The notes beneath the pieces were generated by a model. The model was given only the letters and a program-made list of their open reading frames with translations. It made no database searches and had not been told where the DNA came from. 64,000 nt of DNA from the human T2T-CHM13v2.0 reference genome, Homo sapiens. The stretch lies in NCBI RefSeq assembly GCF_009914755.1, contig NC_060947.1. One strand, 5' to 3'. The translations under genes were made by a program, and so were the position numbers. Positions 1 to 11,954 of this stretch are shown here, piece by piece. The stretch's first letter is position 1, and the number at the start of each line of letters is the position of its first letter.

Positions 1-409
1 TATGTGGTTTTCTTTTCTTTTCTTTTTCTTTTTTTTTTTTTTAACCTCTCTGCCATGGGACTTGCTAAAATCTCATTCAAATTTAAGCAATCTAGTTATA
101 TCATTATTTTTGCCATCACTGTTAACAACCACCTCATTATTGTAAAGATCAATACAAAGGAGAAAAGACAGGGCCATTTTCATTGCTTTGTGGAATTCTG
201 CAGACTTCATTGTCAAGGCTCTCCCGTGATAGAGCAGACCTGAAAACCTGGAGCAATGCAGTTCATTTCCTTGGGCTGTGTGATTAGTGACTTGGCCACT
301 AGCTACCCATGCACTTGCCAGGGATTGCTGTCGAGGGCAGCCATTTTGCTCACCCTAATGTAAATTCTCATGTCAAGACCTGAGAGGTTTGAGTCTGTAC
401 ATGGTGAGG

Positions 410-552
410 CTTCCTGTTTGAAGTTGATCTGAGAGCTTGTTAACATACAGATGGCCAGGCCTCACCCCAGAGTCTGATTCAGCAGGTCTGGGAAGGCCTG
501 AGAAGGTGTATCTCTACCAAACCCCCAGGGGCTGCCGGTCCTTTGAGAAGCA
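410..552 (+). mobile_element. MER5A-like hAT-Charlie DNA transposon relic
   Basis: cttgttaacatacagat...ccccagagtctgattcagcaggtctggg...ctttgagaa resembles the MER5A consensus; boundaries approximate. Confidence 0.6.
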
Positions 553-1731
553 AGGCTAAGGGAAGGACTTCCCTTTACCTTTGAGAAGCTCTGACTGGTA
601 TTCCCACCCACTTCACATCTCCCATCAGTAGCCAATCCATCAAGCCTTCCCAAAGCCTTAGGGGTCCAGGTCTGCCCTTGGCAGGCAGAACTCCTCCCAC
701 TGACCCCTCGGTGACATTTGACATTATAAATCACCCAGCCTTCTTAAAACTCTTTCGTCCATCCCCCTGTTTCTGAGATGGGGCCCTTCCCCCCTTCCAT
801 CCTGGTCTCCTGCTTCTCTGAGTAATGTCTCTTCCTCTCTGATGACCTTTTCCTTTACCCACCCACCCCTTAAACCTTGGGGTGCATGGCTGTCTTCTCA
901 CCTTCACTGGGGGAGTGGCCATGCCATCTCCTCCCACCTCATCCTTCCTGTCCCAGCCACACTCTGTCTTCCGGGGGACTTCCACCAGATTCTCTGTCGT
1001 TGCCAGCAGCTGGCAGCCCTCCAAGGAGGCTAGTGGAGAACAGCTAACCCAGACTGACTTGGGTTCTAGGTGATACTTCATGTGACCACAATCATTAATT
1101 CACAGTAATGCCAATTAGGAAATATTCTTTATTTCACACACAGGCAAACCCCAAGATTTCTTATGACCTTGGCAAGTGGAGTGTTTCACAATTGTGAATT
1201 CTGGAGAAGTTACAGGCCTGGTGGATATAGTATTGCCCACACATGCAAATCTGCCCAGCGCCTAAACATCCCTAGTTGAAAATAGGCAACCCAGTCAGAA
1301 AAGAGTCAAGTTTTCCCTAAATAGGTTTCAAAGACATATTACCAAAAACAACATCCCACAAGTCATCTTTGGATAATTTCATTCACTGGGTTTCTTCTTG
1401 TTATGTATGGTATTAGGATATATCCCATAAGTGTTGTCTTTGAAGTGGCCCTAAATGGCTCTCTGCCTTCTGCATTAGGTCGCTATATGGAGAGCCTACC
1501 AACTTAAGCTATGGGCACACACTGCCATGGTTTTTAATCCTGGTTCAACCTCAGATCTGGTTTAGTAAATCGCCGCTCCCTGGAGATTAATACATGGCTG
1601 CAAAGGCATTGTCCTTGCAGTGTTTTTCAGCCTGGGCAGGGTGAGATGTGTCTAGGATGCGAGGTTTCAGCATCCGGAGATGAATGGGGGGAGGGGACGC
1701 AATGTCACATTTTTCGGGTGCTCTAGTCCTG

Positions 1732-1973
1732 TTATATGCGGGCACATGCTCTACGCCAGTCTCTGTCCACCCTCTTGCCCGGGCTGGAGGGGTTGGCACG
1801 GTCGGCGTTTCTGATTCCTTCCTCTGCTGTTGGCCATAGACTAGGGATAAGGGAGGTGAGAAGAGAGCCACGGGGGTGCGGTGCTGAGCAGCTGCGGTCG
1901 GTCCAGCCTGTTGGTGATGTGCGGAGCCCGCCGCCACTCTGGGCATGGGTAACGCGCAGCCCCAGCGGTCGCG
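1732..1973 (-). other. Candidate last exon (coding part) of an antisense transcript
   Basis: Minus-strand acceptor cctctgtgtttccttctcccgtag|CGCGAC; frame open to TAA at 1734-1732; minus-strand AATAAA at 1133-1128. Confidence 0.35.
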
Positions 1974-1996
1974 CTACGGGAGAAGGAAACACAGAG
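1945..1996 (+). CDS. NHS: Candidate alternative first coding exon of NHS (MGNAQPQRSRYGRRKHR)
   Basis: Strong Kozak ggcATGG; 17 codons plus 1 nt, then donor GAG|GTACAA (weak); phase 1 matches the exon at 34355. Confidence 0.4.
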
Positions 1997-2744
1997 GTAC
2001 AAGAAATCCGGATCCGGGATCCTCCGCAGCCTCCGGCTTGTCTAAGCTCACAGGCCGGGCTTTGTGGCTGGCTCCCGCGCGCCACCGAGTTTGGGGCTGG
2101 GGACTGAGTCCTGCAGCTCACTGCGGCTGGCAGCAGGGGACGGATTATTTTTAGCAGGTTCCCTTTAGCCCGGTGGAGCTGGGAGATACTCGCAGAGCCA
2201 GGCGGCTGTCCGTGGAGCATTGGTGCAGCCGTGCCTTGCTGCCCCGGAGGTTTGGCTGCCGCAGTCCTCTCCATTCACTGAGCTGTAAATCGAAGCTGTC
2301 TACACCGACAAGGCTCTCGATCCCAGCGTGGCCCCAGGGCTACGTCCCGCCCAGGTCTCCCGGCACCTGATTTCCCAGTGGTCAATTAGGTGTCTCAGCC
2401 TGCAGCATTGAAGCAGTGGAGGGGCCGATGCCCCTGCTTTGATGGAGCGCGCCGTGCGCAGAGACCTCCCCAGTCGACTTCCTCATCAGAAGGCAGCATC
2501 CATTCATAATTCTCTGCCTGTGGACCGAGTTAGGCTGGAGCTGGGCATGGACTCCTGCGATCTCTCTTTTTGCATCTGAAGGAGAAACTAAGATAAAAGG
2601 GAAAAGGAAGGGGGAATGCAGTCCTAACGCAACAAGGCGCTGGAAAGTCCCCGAGAGGCCTCTCTTTTGCGGGGAGAGGGAGAAGAGGCAGATTCCGAGC
2701 CCAGCGCCCCAGCCAGCTGCTGCTTCGCTGCGGAGCCGGCACGC

Positions 2745-2970
2745 ATGCCTACCTCACCTGACGGCCGCATTCCCGGGGAGCCGGCGCGGGGCCCGGCGGC
2801 GCGCCCAGGGCGCACGGGCGGTAGGATTTCTGCACCAGGGGAACGATGCACGGGCGGGCTGCCCAGGGCCGAGCCTGAGCCTGAGCGGGCGCCAGGGGAG
2901 GCTAGCCTCGGCGTGGCGCCCCACCGCAACCCTCCGGGATGCTCCGCGACTCGCAGCCCAGGCCATGCGG
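2745..2970 (+). CDS. NHS: Second candidate alternative first coding exon of NHS (MPTSPDGRIPG...SPGHA)
   Basis: ATG at 2745 (weak Kozak), 75 codons plus 1 nt, donor CGG|GTGTGT; phase 1 matches the exon at 34355. Confidence 0.3.
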
Positions 2971-3347
2971 GTGTGTGAGATGGGACCAGCCTGGGGGGAG
3001 GGGGTATGGGCAAGTGACATCATTTTAAACTAATTTCTCGCACCTCTGGGTGCTGGGTGAACTTGGGGGTTGGGGGAGGCTCGAGGCCAGCCGCGCGCTA
3101 GCCCGAGAGGAGATCCCCCTTGGTCGAGATCTGAGAGCTGGGTCCCCTTGGCAGAGCTGAGCGAGGGTGAGCTGACAGTCCAGGTGGACCGCGCATAGCT
3201 CGCAGGGGCAAAGGGAACAGCGCTGGCTTTCAGGGGTCTTTTATTATTTTTAAAAGCATATTGCAGCTGCAGCTTTTAAGTTTGCCGCCTCCTCCCTACC
3301 CTGATCCCGGGTTCTGGGGCGGGGCGGCACTTTCCCACGCTGCCTAC

Positions 3348-3590
3348 CCTCTGGGTGGAGGGGTCTGCAGGGGCTGCAGCGCCTGGTGTTGGGTTTCCTG
3401 CAGGGGGAATGAGGATTCGACGGCTCTGTGAGTGGAAGGGCGCCCTGAGGTTTGGCCTTTTGAGGGCTTCTAAGGGCTGGGGAGAAGTCGAGGATCCCGC
3501 TTGGTGCCCTCTCCTGTTTTCCTGCCCTGCCACTTGGTGTTGGATGACATTTTGCCTGTGCAGGGGTTTCACTGTCAAGGAGCTGTGATG
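3348..3590 (-). other. Candidate internal exon (243 nt) of an antisense transcript
   Basis: Minus strand: branch-like cctaac plus acceptor catttgccttacag|CATCAC, donor AGG|GTAGGC; two reading frames open across it. Confidence 0.4.
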
Positions 3591-3843
3591 CTGTAAGGCA
3601 AATGGACTGTTAGGATGAGCTGGAAGAGAGGGGAGTGAGCTGGAGCTTTTCCTTTTGTGGCAGTGTTAACCCCATCGCCCCCACCTCTCTGGCGCACCTG
3701 TCCCCTGGGGTCACCATCTGTGCGCATGAGTGGGGCAGCCTGACCCACTAGCCATTCCAGGGACAGTGAGCCAAAGCTGGACTTGCTCAGGGCATGCTAG
3801 GCCAGGAATGTGTGGGCAGTGAAAGAGCAACACCCTTCCTCAC

Positions 3844-3877
3844 CCCCCTGCGGGGAAGACTCAGCAGGCCCCGCCAT
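3844..3877 (-). other. Candidate first coding segment of the antisense transcript (MAGPAESSPQG)
   Basis: Minus strand accatcATGG (strong Kozak) followed by donor GGG|GTGAGG. Confidence 0.3.
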
Positions 3878-5509
3878 GATGGTGCACAGTGTTTTGCCAT
3901 ACTGTGGTATGCTCTGGAGTTTTGGAGCTCTTGTTTTATGAGGCTTTTATTTTACAGTTTCTTGCCTCTTGGTGACCAGTTTGTTTTTCACAGCTGCTTG
4001 TGAGCAAGGCAAAGATAACAGCATCTAAAAATAGCCCTGCAGTTGGAGGTACAGCTTGGCTTGACCCCGCTATTAGAGGGGTGGGGTCTCCGTTACCAGC
4101 TCCCTGAGGGTGGGCCAAACTTGGGCCCCCAGACAGCCTCAGACCAGGTCCACACATCCTTCAGAGCAATTCACCTTCAGGTCTCAAGGCAAGGCAGGGA
4201 TGCTGAGTGCTGGTCCATGTGAGAAGGGCAGCAGCTCTGAGAAGCCTCATCCATTCCCGGGTGAGGCCCAAAGCCACTGGGCTGCAAGGCTGGAGGATGG
4301 GAGCCTGGACAGGGGTCCCTCTTTTGCCCCCAGCCATGGATATCCATCCCTGGCTTTACATCCCCTGGTTGGATCCAGCCATATGTATGGGGCTTCCTCC
4401 TTTGCACTTTAAAGCCAACAAGCAACTCCCTCACAGTGGAGTTCGTTCCAGAATACAGAGGGACAAAAGGGGCCAGGTGGCACTCAAACCATGCCAACTT
4501 CCTACTGTGTTCATAGCAGCTGGGCTACTACTCTTTCCTTTCCAGGTGGAAACCCCTGGACAGTTGGGTGAGGAGCCTCTTCCTGGTCAGCAGGAGGGTG
4601 GCGCCAGCCTGTCTGAAGGGGGCCGCCTCCAGCTGATGGTGAAGAGGCCGCCTGGAATGGAGATAGGAAGGGACTGAGGACTTTGCAGTGATTGCAGTGG
4701 AAGCAGGAAGTGCAGGTCTTCTGTGGGTCCTAGATTCTGTGAGCCTGCTAGGCTCCCCTCATTATTTATTTTCAAAAGCCTTCATTTCTTCCCTGTTCAC
4801 TTTTTCTTTCGTGGTGATGGTGGTAAAGTCCAGCTTGAAGAAAAAAGGCCCCCTCTGTTCTTGATTTGGTTGGATGATAGGATTTTTATTTTTTTTGGCA
4901 AGAATGCATTAGCAATTGCTGAAAAATGTAAATGCCTATTTTTTTCTCCAGTGAAATAAATGAACTAAACAGCAAGGGAATGTAAGGGCAAGCATTCTCT
5001 GTTCAAGATGGAATCTACCAAGTGATTTTCTCCTCTCTTTCAAAATGAATTTTGATTGAAAATTTTTACCTTTATTTTCTGTATGTCATAACTATAATCA
5101 CTGGGCAACTATTAAGATAGAGATCGTGACTGGGGGGAAGGAAGAGACCAGGAAACAGCACCTTTGAGATATCCATCATTCCTCTAGTCTTCTAGTGGAG
5201 ACTTGCACACAGTTGCTAGTTTATCTTTAAAATTTCCACCATCTTTGTGTTCCCCATGGAAGACAAAGGATTAATGATGATGAAATGTAGTATAAGGCCA
5301 GTGCAACAGTGGCCAAGTTTGGCCAGCTTAGAAGAGTAGATATGGGAAGACCACGGGTTGAGATTTCAGTTTTTTAAGAACATCATTGGCTTGGCTCGAC
5401 CTGTACCAAATAAGATATCAATGATCCCTTGGTCTTAAATAGAAAGGGCTGCTTCCTCTTGAAGATCAGAACCTAAACCAGCAATTGACTAGAGACCCAC
5501 AGTGAGCAT

Positions 5510-5835
5510 ATTGGTCAGGGAAGGATAAACACCATAATAGGTGAGCCCCAAATTTCAGGGTTTAACACAATAGCAGTTTATGTCTTACATAATGTCAAAC
5601 CAGCTTTTTGTCTTGTGATTATAAGGAACCTAGTCTCTTCTCTTCTTATGAATCTACCATTCCCTAGGGCCTTGAAGCCCCTGCTGGGTCTTCTGCATCC
5701 AGAAGGGAAAACAAGAACATGGAAGATTATCCTGGAAGCAGCACCTCTCACTCCCACCCACATTCCATGGCCAGAACTCAATCACATGGCCACATCTAAC
5801 TGCAAGGGGACTGGGAAATCTAGTCTGTGTGCAGT
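5510..5835 (-). mobile_element. MLT1J-like MaLR LTR
   Basis: ggccagaactcaatcacatggccacatctaactgcaaggggactgggaaat motif typical of MLT1J-class LTRs. Confidence 0.65.
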
Positions 5836-6369
5836 TTGTGCTATGGCAGTACACTCTCTGGCATGGAGGGGCCCTTTTTAAGCTCTACTTTGAGATTGGA
5901 CTTTGGCTCTGGACAAGTCATATGGCAAATACAGATCTCCATCTTAAAAATGGTGGTAATTCCACCTCCTCTTTCCTGTCTCAAAGGGATTTGGAAAGAT
6001 GTAGCAACATAAAAGGCTCCTACAGGGACCATCTGGTCCAACCTCTGTAGGCAAGGTCATTATCATTTTCCTCAATTTATAGATAACTTTCCCCATATAA
6101 CACAGCTGGTTTATGGCAGGGCTGAAATCATACCTAGATCCCCTTCTCTTGGCTTAGTGCTCCTTCTACCATGCTATGTTGACCCTGGCATCTTATGAAA
6201 ACAGTTATATAGGATATTGTTTCTGAAAGCTGACATGCTTTCATAATGTGTAGTCATTAAAAGTGACTTCATATGATTTAAAATCCAAGTATGATCTTCT
6301 TCTGGTTCTTACTGTATAATCACTTATAATCAGGCAAAGAATAACCAGACACTAATCTATGCCCTGCAC

Positions 6370-6570
6370 ACATATAGCTCATTTAATCCTCACAATAAGC
6401 CTAGGAGGTAGAGGTTATTATTATCCCCATTTTACAGATGAAGAAACTGAGGCACAGAGAGAATAAATAACTTGCCCAAGGTTTTACGGCAAACAAGTGA
6501 CAAATTTGGGATTCGATCCTGGGCACTATGGCTCCAGAATCCAACCCTGGACTATTTTACCATACTACCT
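6370..6570 (-). mobile_element. MIR SINE
   Basis: Core ccccattttacagatgaagaaactgaggcacagagag...acttgcccaagg. Confidence 0.85.
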
Positions 6571-6997
6571 TTCTGATCTGGTAGACTCCTTCTCCAGCCC
6601 TTTCTGAGATGTCCAATTGGGACATTTTTAATTTCCTTTTTAAGTGAGTGACCTTGAAGATCCATGAGGGGAGTCATTTGTAAATTTGCTGAGGCATGTC
6701 TTTGAGCCTCAAGCATATAAAATGGATACACAGGATTGAGCTACTCAGCTAGTGAAGAAGCTCAGCTCCCAACCTCCAGCTCCAACAGCCCAATGAAGCT
6801 TTTTTTTTCTTTCAAGATTTTTGGGATAGACACTACTGTGTAGTCCGTTACCACTGTGAAGTAATAAAAATGTCTGTTTCTTTGTGAAAAGCAGCCGTGG
6901 TCAACCATAACCTTTGGTGCAAGATTAAGAGGCAGTTGACTTGGTAGGGGCAGGCAAGGCCATCATAGTCACTTAACTCTGGAAGAAATTGCTTTTT

Positions 6998-7450
6998 GTG
7001 GTTGTTTATCTATTGTTGCAGGAGAAACCACCCCCAAAATTTACTGGCTTAAGATACAAGCCAATCTATTGGTTCAAAATTCTGCAATCTGGGAAAAGCT
7101 CAACTTGACAGCTCTGCTAGTCTTGCTGGTGGTTGGTCAGATGGTATGTCACCTGCAGGCAAGGTTCAGCTGGGTCACTGGGCTGGCTGTGCTTATGTCT
7201 CTTTCTGGGTAGTCTCAGGGATTCTCCCTCTCCACATAGTCTTTCCCAGTGGTCTTTCCATGTGATCACTCCAGCAGGGTAACTGGATTTCTTACCTGGC
7301 AACTCAGAGTGCCCAAGGGTGCAAAGGCAGGAGCTTCCAGGTTTTCTTAGGTTGGGCCTGTGTCTTGTTTTACCAACAGAATGAGGCAAGTCACAGGCCC
7401 AGCCCAAACCTCAGGTAAGGGAATTGACCAAGGGCATAAATAACAGGAGA
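6998..7450 (-). mobile_element. MLT1F/G/H-like MaLR LTR
   Basis: tatctattgttgc...accacccccaaaatttactggctta and gcaagtcacaggcccagccca motifs. Confidence 0.6.
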
Positions 7451-7858
7451 CCTGGAAGTAGACATCCACAAAGGTAAAGTCTGAAGCTTCTGTATTTACA
7501 AAGTTGAGGATTCCCAAAGATCTCAGGAGGAGTTGATGGTACATTAAAATGTAGGTTAGATAAAATCCATTCCTTTTGCTCCAATGGAGCAAGACTATTA
7601 TATTAATAGATGCTTGATTCTTTCTTCATCCTGAAACTAACGAATCATTTATGCCCTACGGAAGCATCAAGGCTGTAGATGTGACTGCCCAAAGAGAAGG
7701 GGAACAGAAGTGTGTGACTTCTGCTCTCTTGCCGCTGCCATACTGTCTCAAAGGTATCCATTTTTTAAAAGGTATCAATACCTATCCTCAGACATAAACT
7801 AAGGATAGTTTCTGAAAAGGCAGGAGCATACCAATTGGATGAGAAGACAAGAATATTT

Positions 7859-8074
7859 ATTTTTTCTTTTTATTATACTTTTAAGTTCTGGGATACATGT
7901 GCAGAACGTGCAGGTTTGTTACATAGGCATACATGTGCCATGGTGGTTTGCTGCACCCATCAACCCATCATCTAGGTGGTAAGCCCCGCATACATTAGGT
8001 ATTTCTCCTAATGCTATCCCTCTCCCCTTGCCCCCCACCCCCTGACAGGCCCCGGTGTGTGATGTTCCCCTCTC
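7859..8074 (-). mobile_element. 5'-truncated L1PA (about L1PA7/8) 3' end
   Basis: ttattatacttttaagttctgggatacatgtgcagaacgtgcagg...; TSD gaagacaagaatattt (7843-7858) / gaagacaggaatattt (8075-8090). Confidence 0.9.
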
Positions 8075-8272
8075 GAAGACAGGAATATTTCTAATCTCCA
8101 TTTACTTTTCTCTGGCAAGTCACACATTCCGAGGGGATTCAGCATGCACAACAGGAGTCCCTGCCTGCCTCAGGAGGTAGAGCTGCTCTCCTGCAGAAAC
8201 AGGCTAGTGGGTTCAATCCATTGGGACTCCATTTCAGATTATTTTCCCCAGGCTTCTGAGTCACTGTAGTCA

Positions 8273-8722
8273 GTGAGGGTGCAGTGGCTACTTTGATTCA
8301 CTGTCTACCCCTCTTCATCAGGGCTCAAGCACTTATTCCCCAAGCACTCATTTGCCAGGGCTAGGCGCGGTGGCTGACAGCTCACAGCTGCATCCCTCTT
8401 TGGGAATTGTCCTTCCCTGAAGAAAGTCACCCCGTCTAAGGTCACATTCCTTCCAAGGGCAGCACTCATCTGATGAATGGTCAATACGGTAGTATAAAGG
8501 CCCACTCACCTTGCCTCAACTCAGGACAATTCTACAGGGCCATCCCAGCTCTAGAGCTCCCCATGGGATGGGCTGAGCCTTTGTTGTGACTCTCCTAGCC
8601 CAACTTCTCGCTCTGCCCAGCCCTGCTTAATCCATTTCCTCCACAGGTGTTGCCCCAGAGAACATTTCCTGATATGCTTCCCACACCCCAATTTCTGTCT
8701 CAAAGCTTACTTCCAGGGAACT
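8273..8722 (+). mobile_element. LTR16C-like ERVL solo LTR
   Basis: gctgacagctcacagctg, TATA-like gtataaaggccc, ccttgcctcaactcaggacaattct...ccagctctagagctcccc. Confidence 0.65.
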
Positions 8723-9832
8723 TTCCTGGAGGTCAAGTGAAGGAGGGGTTATAGATTGGGCTACTTCCTACTACAGGCTGGGCCACTGTGGGCACACACA
8801 GAAGTGGGACGTGCAGCCTGGGCCTTCCCCAAACTTCCAATTGAGAAGACATGACAAGCACTTAAGTGACAGCATGAGAAGTTAAGCAAACATAATGTAC
8901 CAGAGTCACAAGTAAGTCTGATGCCTCAAGGATTTTCCCCTCCTCATACTACCCCTTACAACATCCCCCAAAGTTGTATTTTGTGTTTTTTTAGGGGATG
9001 GATGATTCATGACATTGATTATATGGTTAACAATTGTGCCTAAGTGCTCTCCCACCTGATTATTTCTTCCTTTGGGCATGGCACTGGCAATCAAAATTTA
9101 TCTTTCAAATTAAGGCTATAATTATATTTTGATAAAGATCTAGCAATTCAATGAGAATGAAATTTTGAGGGTTGCCAGGATACGGATGACTCTGGGTTAT
9201 AGAGAAGGGTTTGCATGCAGAATACTAATAGGTGGTTCAGCGCTCTTATCTAGACCTTTCCAATAGCGTCTGATAATGCAGGCCCATCAAGTACTGTTTC
9301 TCTGCTATTATTCTAGCAGAATAAAAGTGATGAAAGATATAAGCAGGGTTTTATGAATGAAAAGGTGATTCATCAGATGTCTTTTGGTCTATCTCACCAC
9401 AGTTAAGAAATACAGTAATAATAATGTGGTGTTACCTCAAAATCTAGGAGACAAAAAGCTTTCTCTTATTTCCTTGCCTCCTCTTTTATTGTAAATAGAA
9501 GCAAAATGTCTTAGATATTGGGTTATTGTTTTTCATTGGGAATAGGGACCTGTGTTTGCAATGGTGTTGACTCCCAGGAAAATAGAAACAGTAGAAATTG
9601 GTATGATGTTATATTTTGACTTTTCTTTACTTTTCCTTTCCATTTTACTCTGATTATTATTCATTCATTCATTCAACAAATGTGGACTCCCTAGTATTGT
9701 GCAGGCTCTGCTTGAGGAATCTAAGAAAGTTTAAAATGGATAACCATGCATGGAAATAATAAATAATGACACAACACAGTAGCATCCAACATGTCATTTC
9801 GTGGCATGGAGGGGAGAGGGAAGGAGTAATAT

Positions 9833-11923
9833 TTTTTGTTAAGTGAGATGTAATTTACATACAGTTGAGTTATGCATAAGTCTTAAGTGTTAAGTTCAAT
9901 GAGCTTTGACATATACATCCATGTAACAACCTCCCAAAACAAGATATAATGCATTTCCATCATCCCAAAATGTCTTCAGTACTCCTTTCCAGTCTCTCTC
10001 CCACACCTTTTGGCAACCATTATTCTGATTTCTATCATATAGATTAGATTCACCTGTTCAAGAGCTTATATAAATTGAATCATAAGTATGACTTTAAAAA
10101 ATGTCCAGCCTTTTTCATTCAGCATAGTATTTTTGAAATTTATCCATGCTGTTGTATGTATCAGTAGTTTATTCTTTTTATTGCTAAGCAGTAATCCATT
10201 GTAAGAATATACCATACTTTATTCATTGACTTAGGCTGTTTCCAGTTTGGGGATATTATGAATAAAGCTTCTAAGAATATTCTTGTACAAATCTTTGTGG
10301 ATTTACATTTTTTGTTTCTTTTTGGTAAATATCTAGGAGTGAAATTGCTTAGTTATAGGGTAAATGTATGTTTAGTTTTATAAGAAACTGGCAGAGATTC
10401 TTCAAAAATTGTATCAGTTTGCACTCTCATCACCAGCATATCAGGGTTCTAGTTGTTCTGCATCCTCATCAATACTTGGTATGTCAGGAGCCATTCTAAT
10501 GGATATGAAATGGTATCTCATTGTGGTTTTCATTTGCATTTCTGTGATGACAAATAATGCTGAACACCTTTTCACGTGCTTAGTAGACATTCATATATCT
10601 TGTGAGGTGTCTAATTAAGCCTTTTTCTCATTTTTAATTCTTTTGTCTTTTTATTATTGATATTTTTTATTTGTAGTAGCTCTTCATATACACTGAGTAA
10701 AAGTTCTTTGTTAGATATTTGTATTGCAAATATTTACTCCCAGTCCTTACCTTGCCTGTTTTTTAATAGTGTTCTCTTGATAAGCAGAAATTTTTAATTT
10801 TGACAAAGTCCAATTTATCAATGTTTTCTTTTATGACTAGCCTCTTTTGGGCACTGTCAGAACAATCTGCTTCCCTCAAGTTCATGAATATTATTTCATA
10901 CATTTTCTTCTAGGAGTTTTATGGTTCTAGCTTTTATGTTTAGGTCTATGGTCCTTCCCTAATTACCGGTTGTGTATGGAGTAAGGTAGGGTCAAAATTC
11001 ATTTTTCCCCATATGTATATTTAGTTGTTCCAGAACCATTTGTAAAAAGAAAACCAGAAAACTCCTTCCTTTCTCCCATGGAATTGACTTAACGCCTTTT
11101 TCAAACAATCAGTTCAACTGTGTATGTGTGGGTCTATTTCTGAATTCTCTGTGCTGCTTCATTGATCTATAATGTCTACTTTCTTGCCAAAACCACACTG
11201 TCTTGACCTCTGTAGATTTATAGTAAGTCTTGAAATCAGATAGTAAAAATCCTCCAAATTTGTTCTCTGTCAAGATTGTTTTAGCTATTCTAGAACCTGT
11301 GCATTTTCATATACATTTTAGAATCAGCTTGTCAATTTCTTCAAAAAAGCATGGTATGATTTTGATTGGCATTCATTTGAATATATAGATGGATTTGGAG
11401 AGCATGGACATTTTTAACAATGTTGTATCTTCAGGCCCTGGATATGCTATAGCTTTTGATCATATAGGTCTTCTTTAATTTCTCTTAGCAAAGTTTGCAG
11501 ATTTTAGTGTAGAGGACTTGTATATTTTCTGTTAGATTTGTTTGTCCTTTGTATTTGATATTTGTGATGCTATCATAAATGGTATTCTTTTCATTTCATT
11601 CTCTAATTTTTCATTACTAGTTTATATATAATAATACATAAATAATATATAATCAATTATATTTATATGTATGTATATATAAATGCAATTGATTTTTATA
11701 TATTGACCTTTTTGTATCCAGCGACTTTTCTAAATTCACTCTTTAGTTCTAGCAGTTTTTTGTAGATTCCATAGGGTTTTTAACCTACACAATCATGTTG
11801 TCTAAATAATGACAGTATTCTTCTTTTTTATCTTTTTGTCTTATTACACTGGTGAGAGTGTTTTTTAAAATTCTTCCCAATCTTAAGGGAAATCAACATT
11901 TCACCATTAAGTATATTACCTAT

Positions 11924-11954
<31 letters not shown>

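Larger units (their letters stand above)
1650..3500. promoter_or_regulatory. Intragenic CpG island, likely alternative NHS promoter
   Basis: Abrupt rise in GC and CpG density against a CpG-poor background; no obvious repeats; GC box ggggcggggc at 3316-3325; G-runs at about 2993-3010 and 3065-3079. Confidence 0.85.

Noticed and set aside
1736-1861. Strong sense donor GAG|GTGAGA after 1855
   Set aside because: The ATG at 1736 gives phase 0, out of frame with exon 2, and the phase-1 ATG at 1747 hits a TGA. It could only be a non-coding exon, with no other support.
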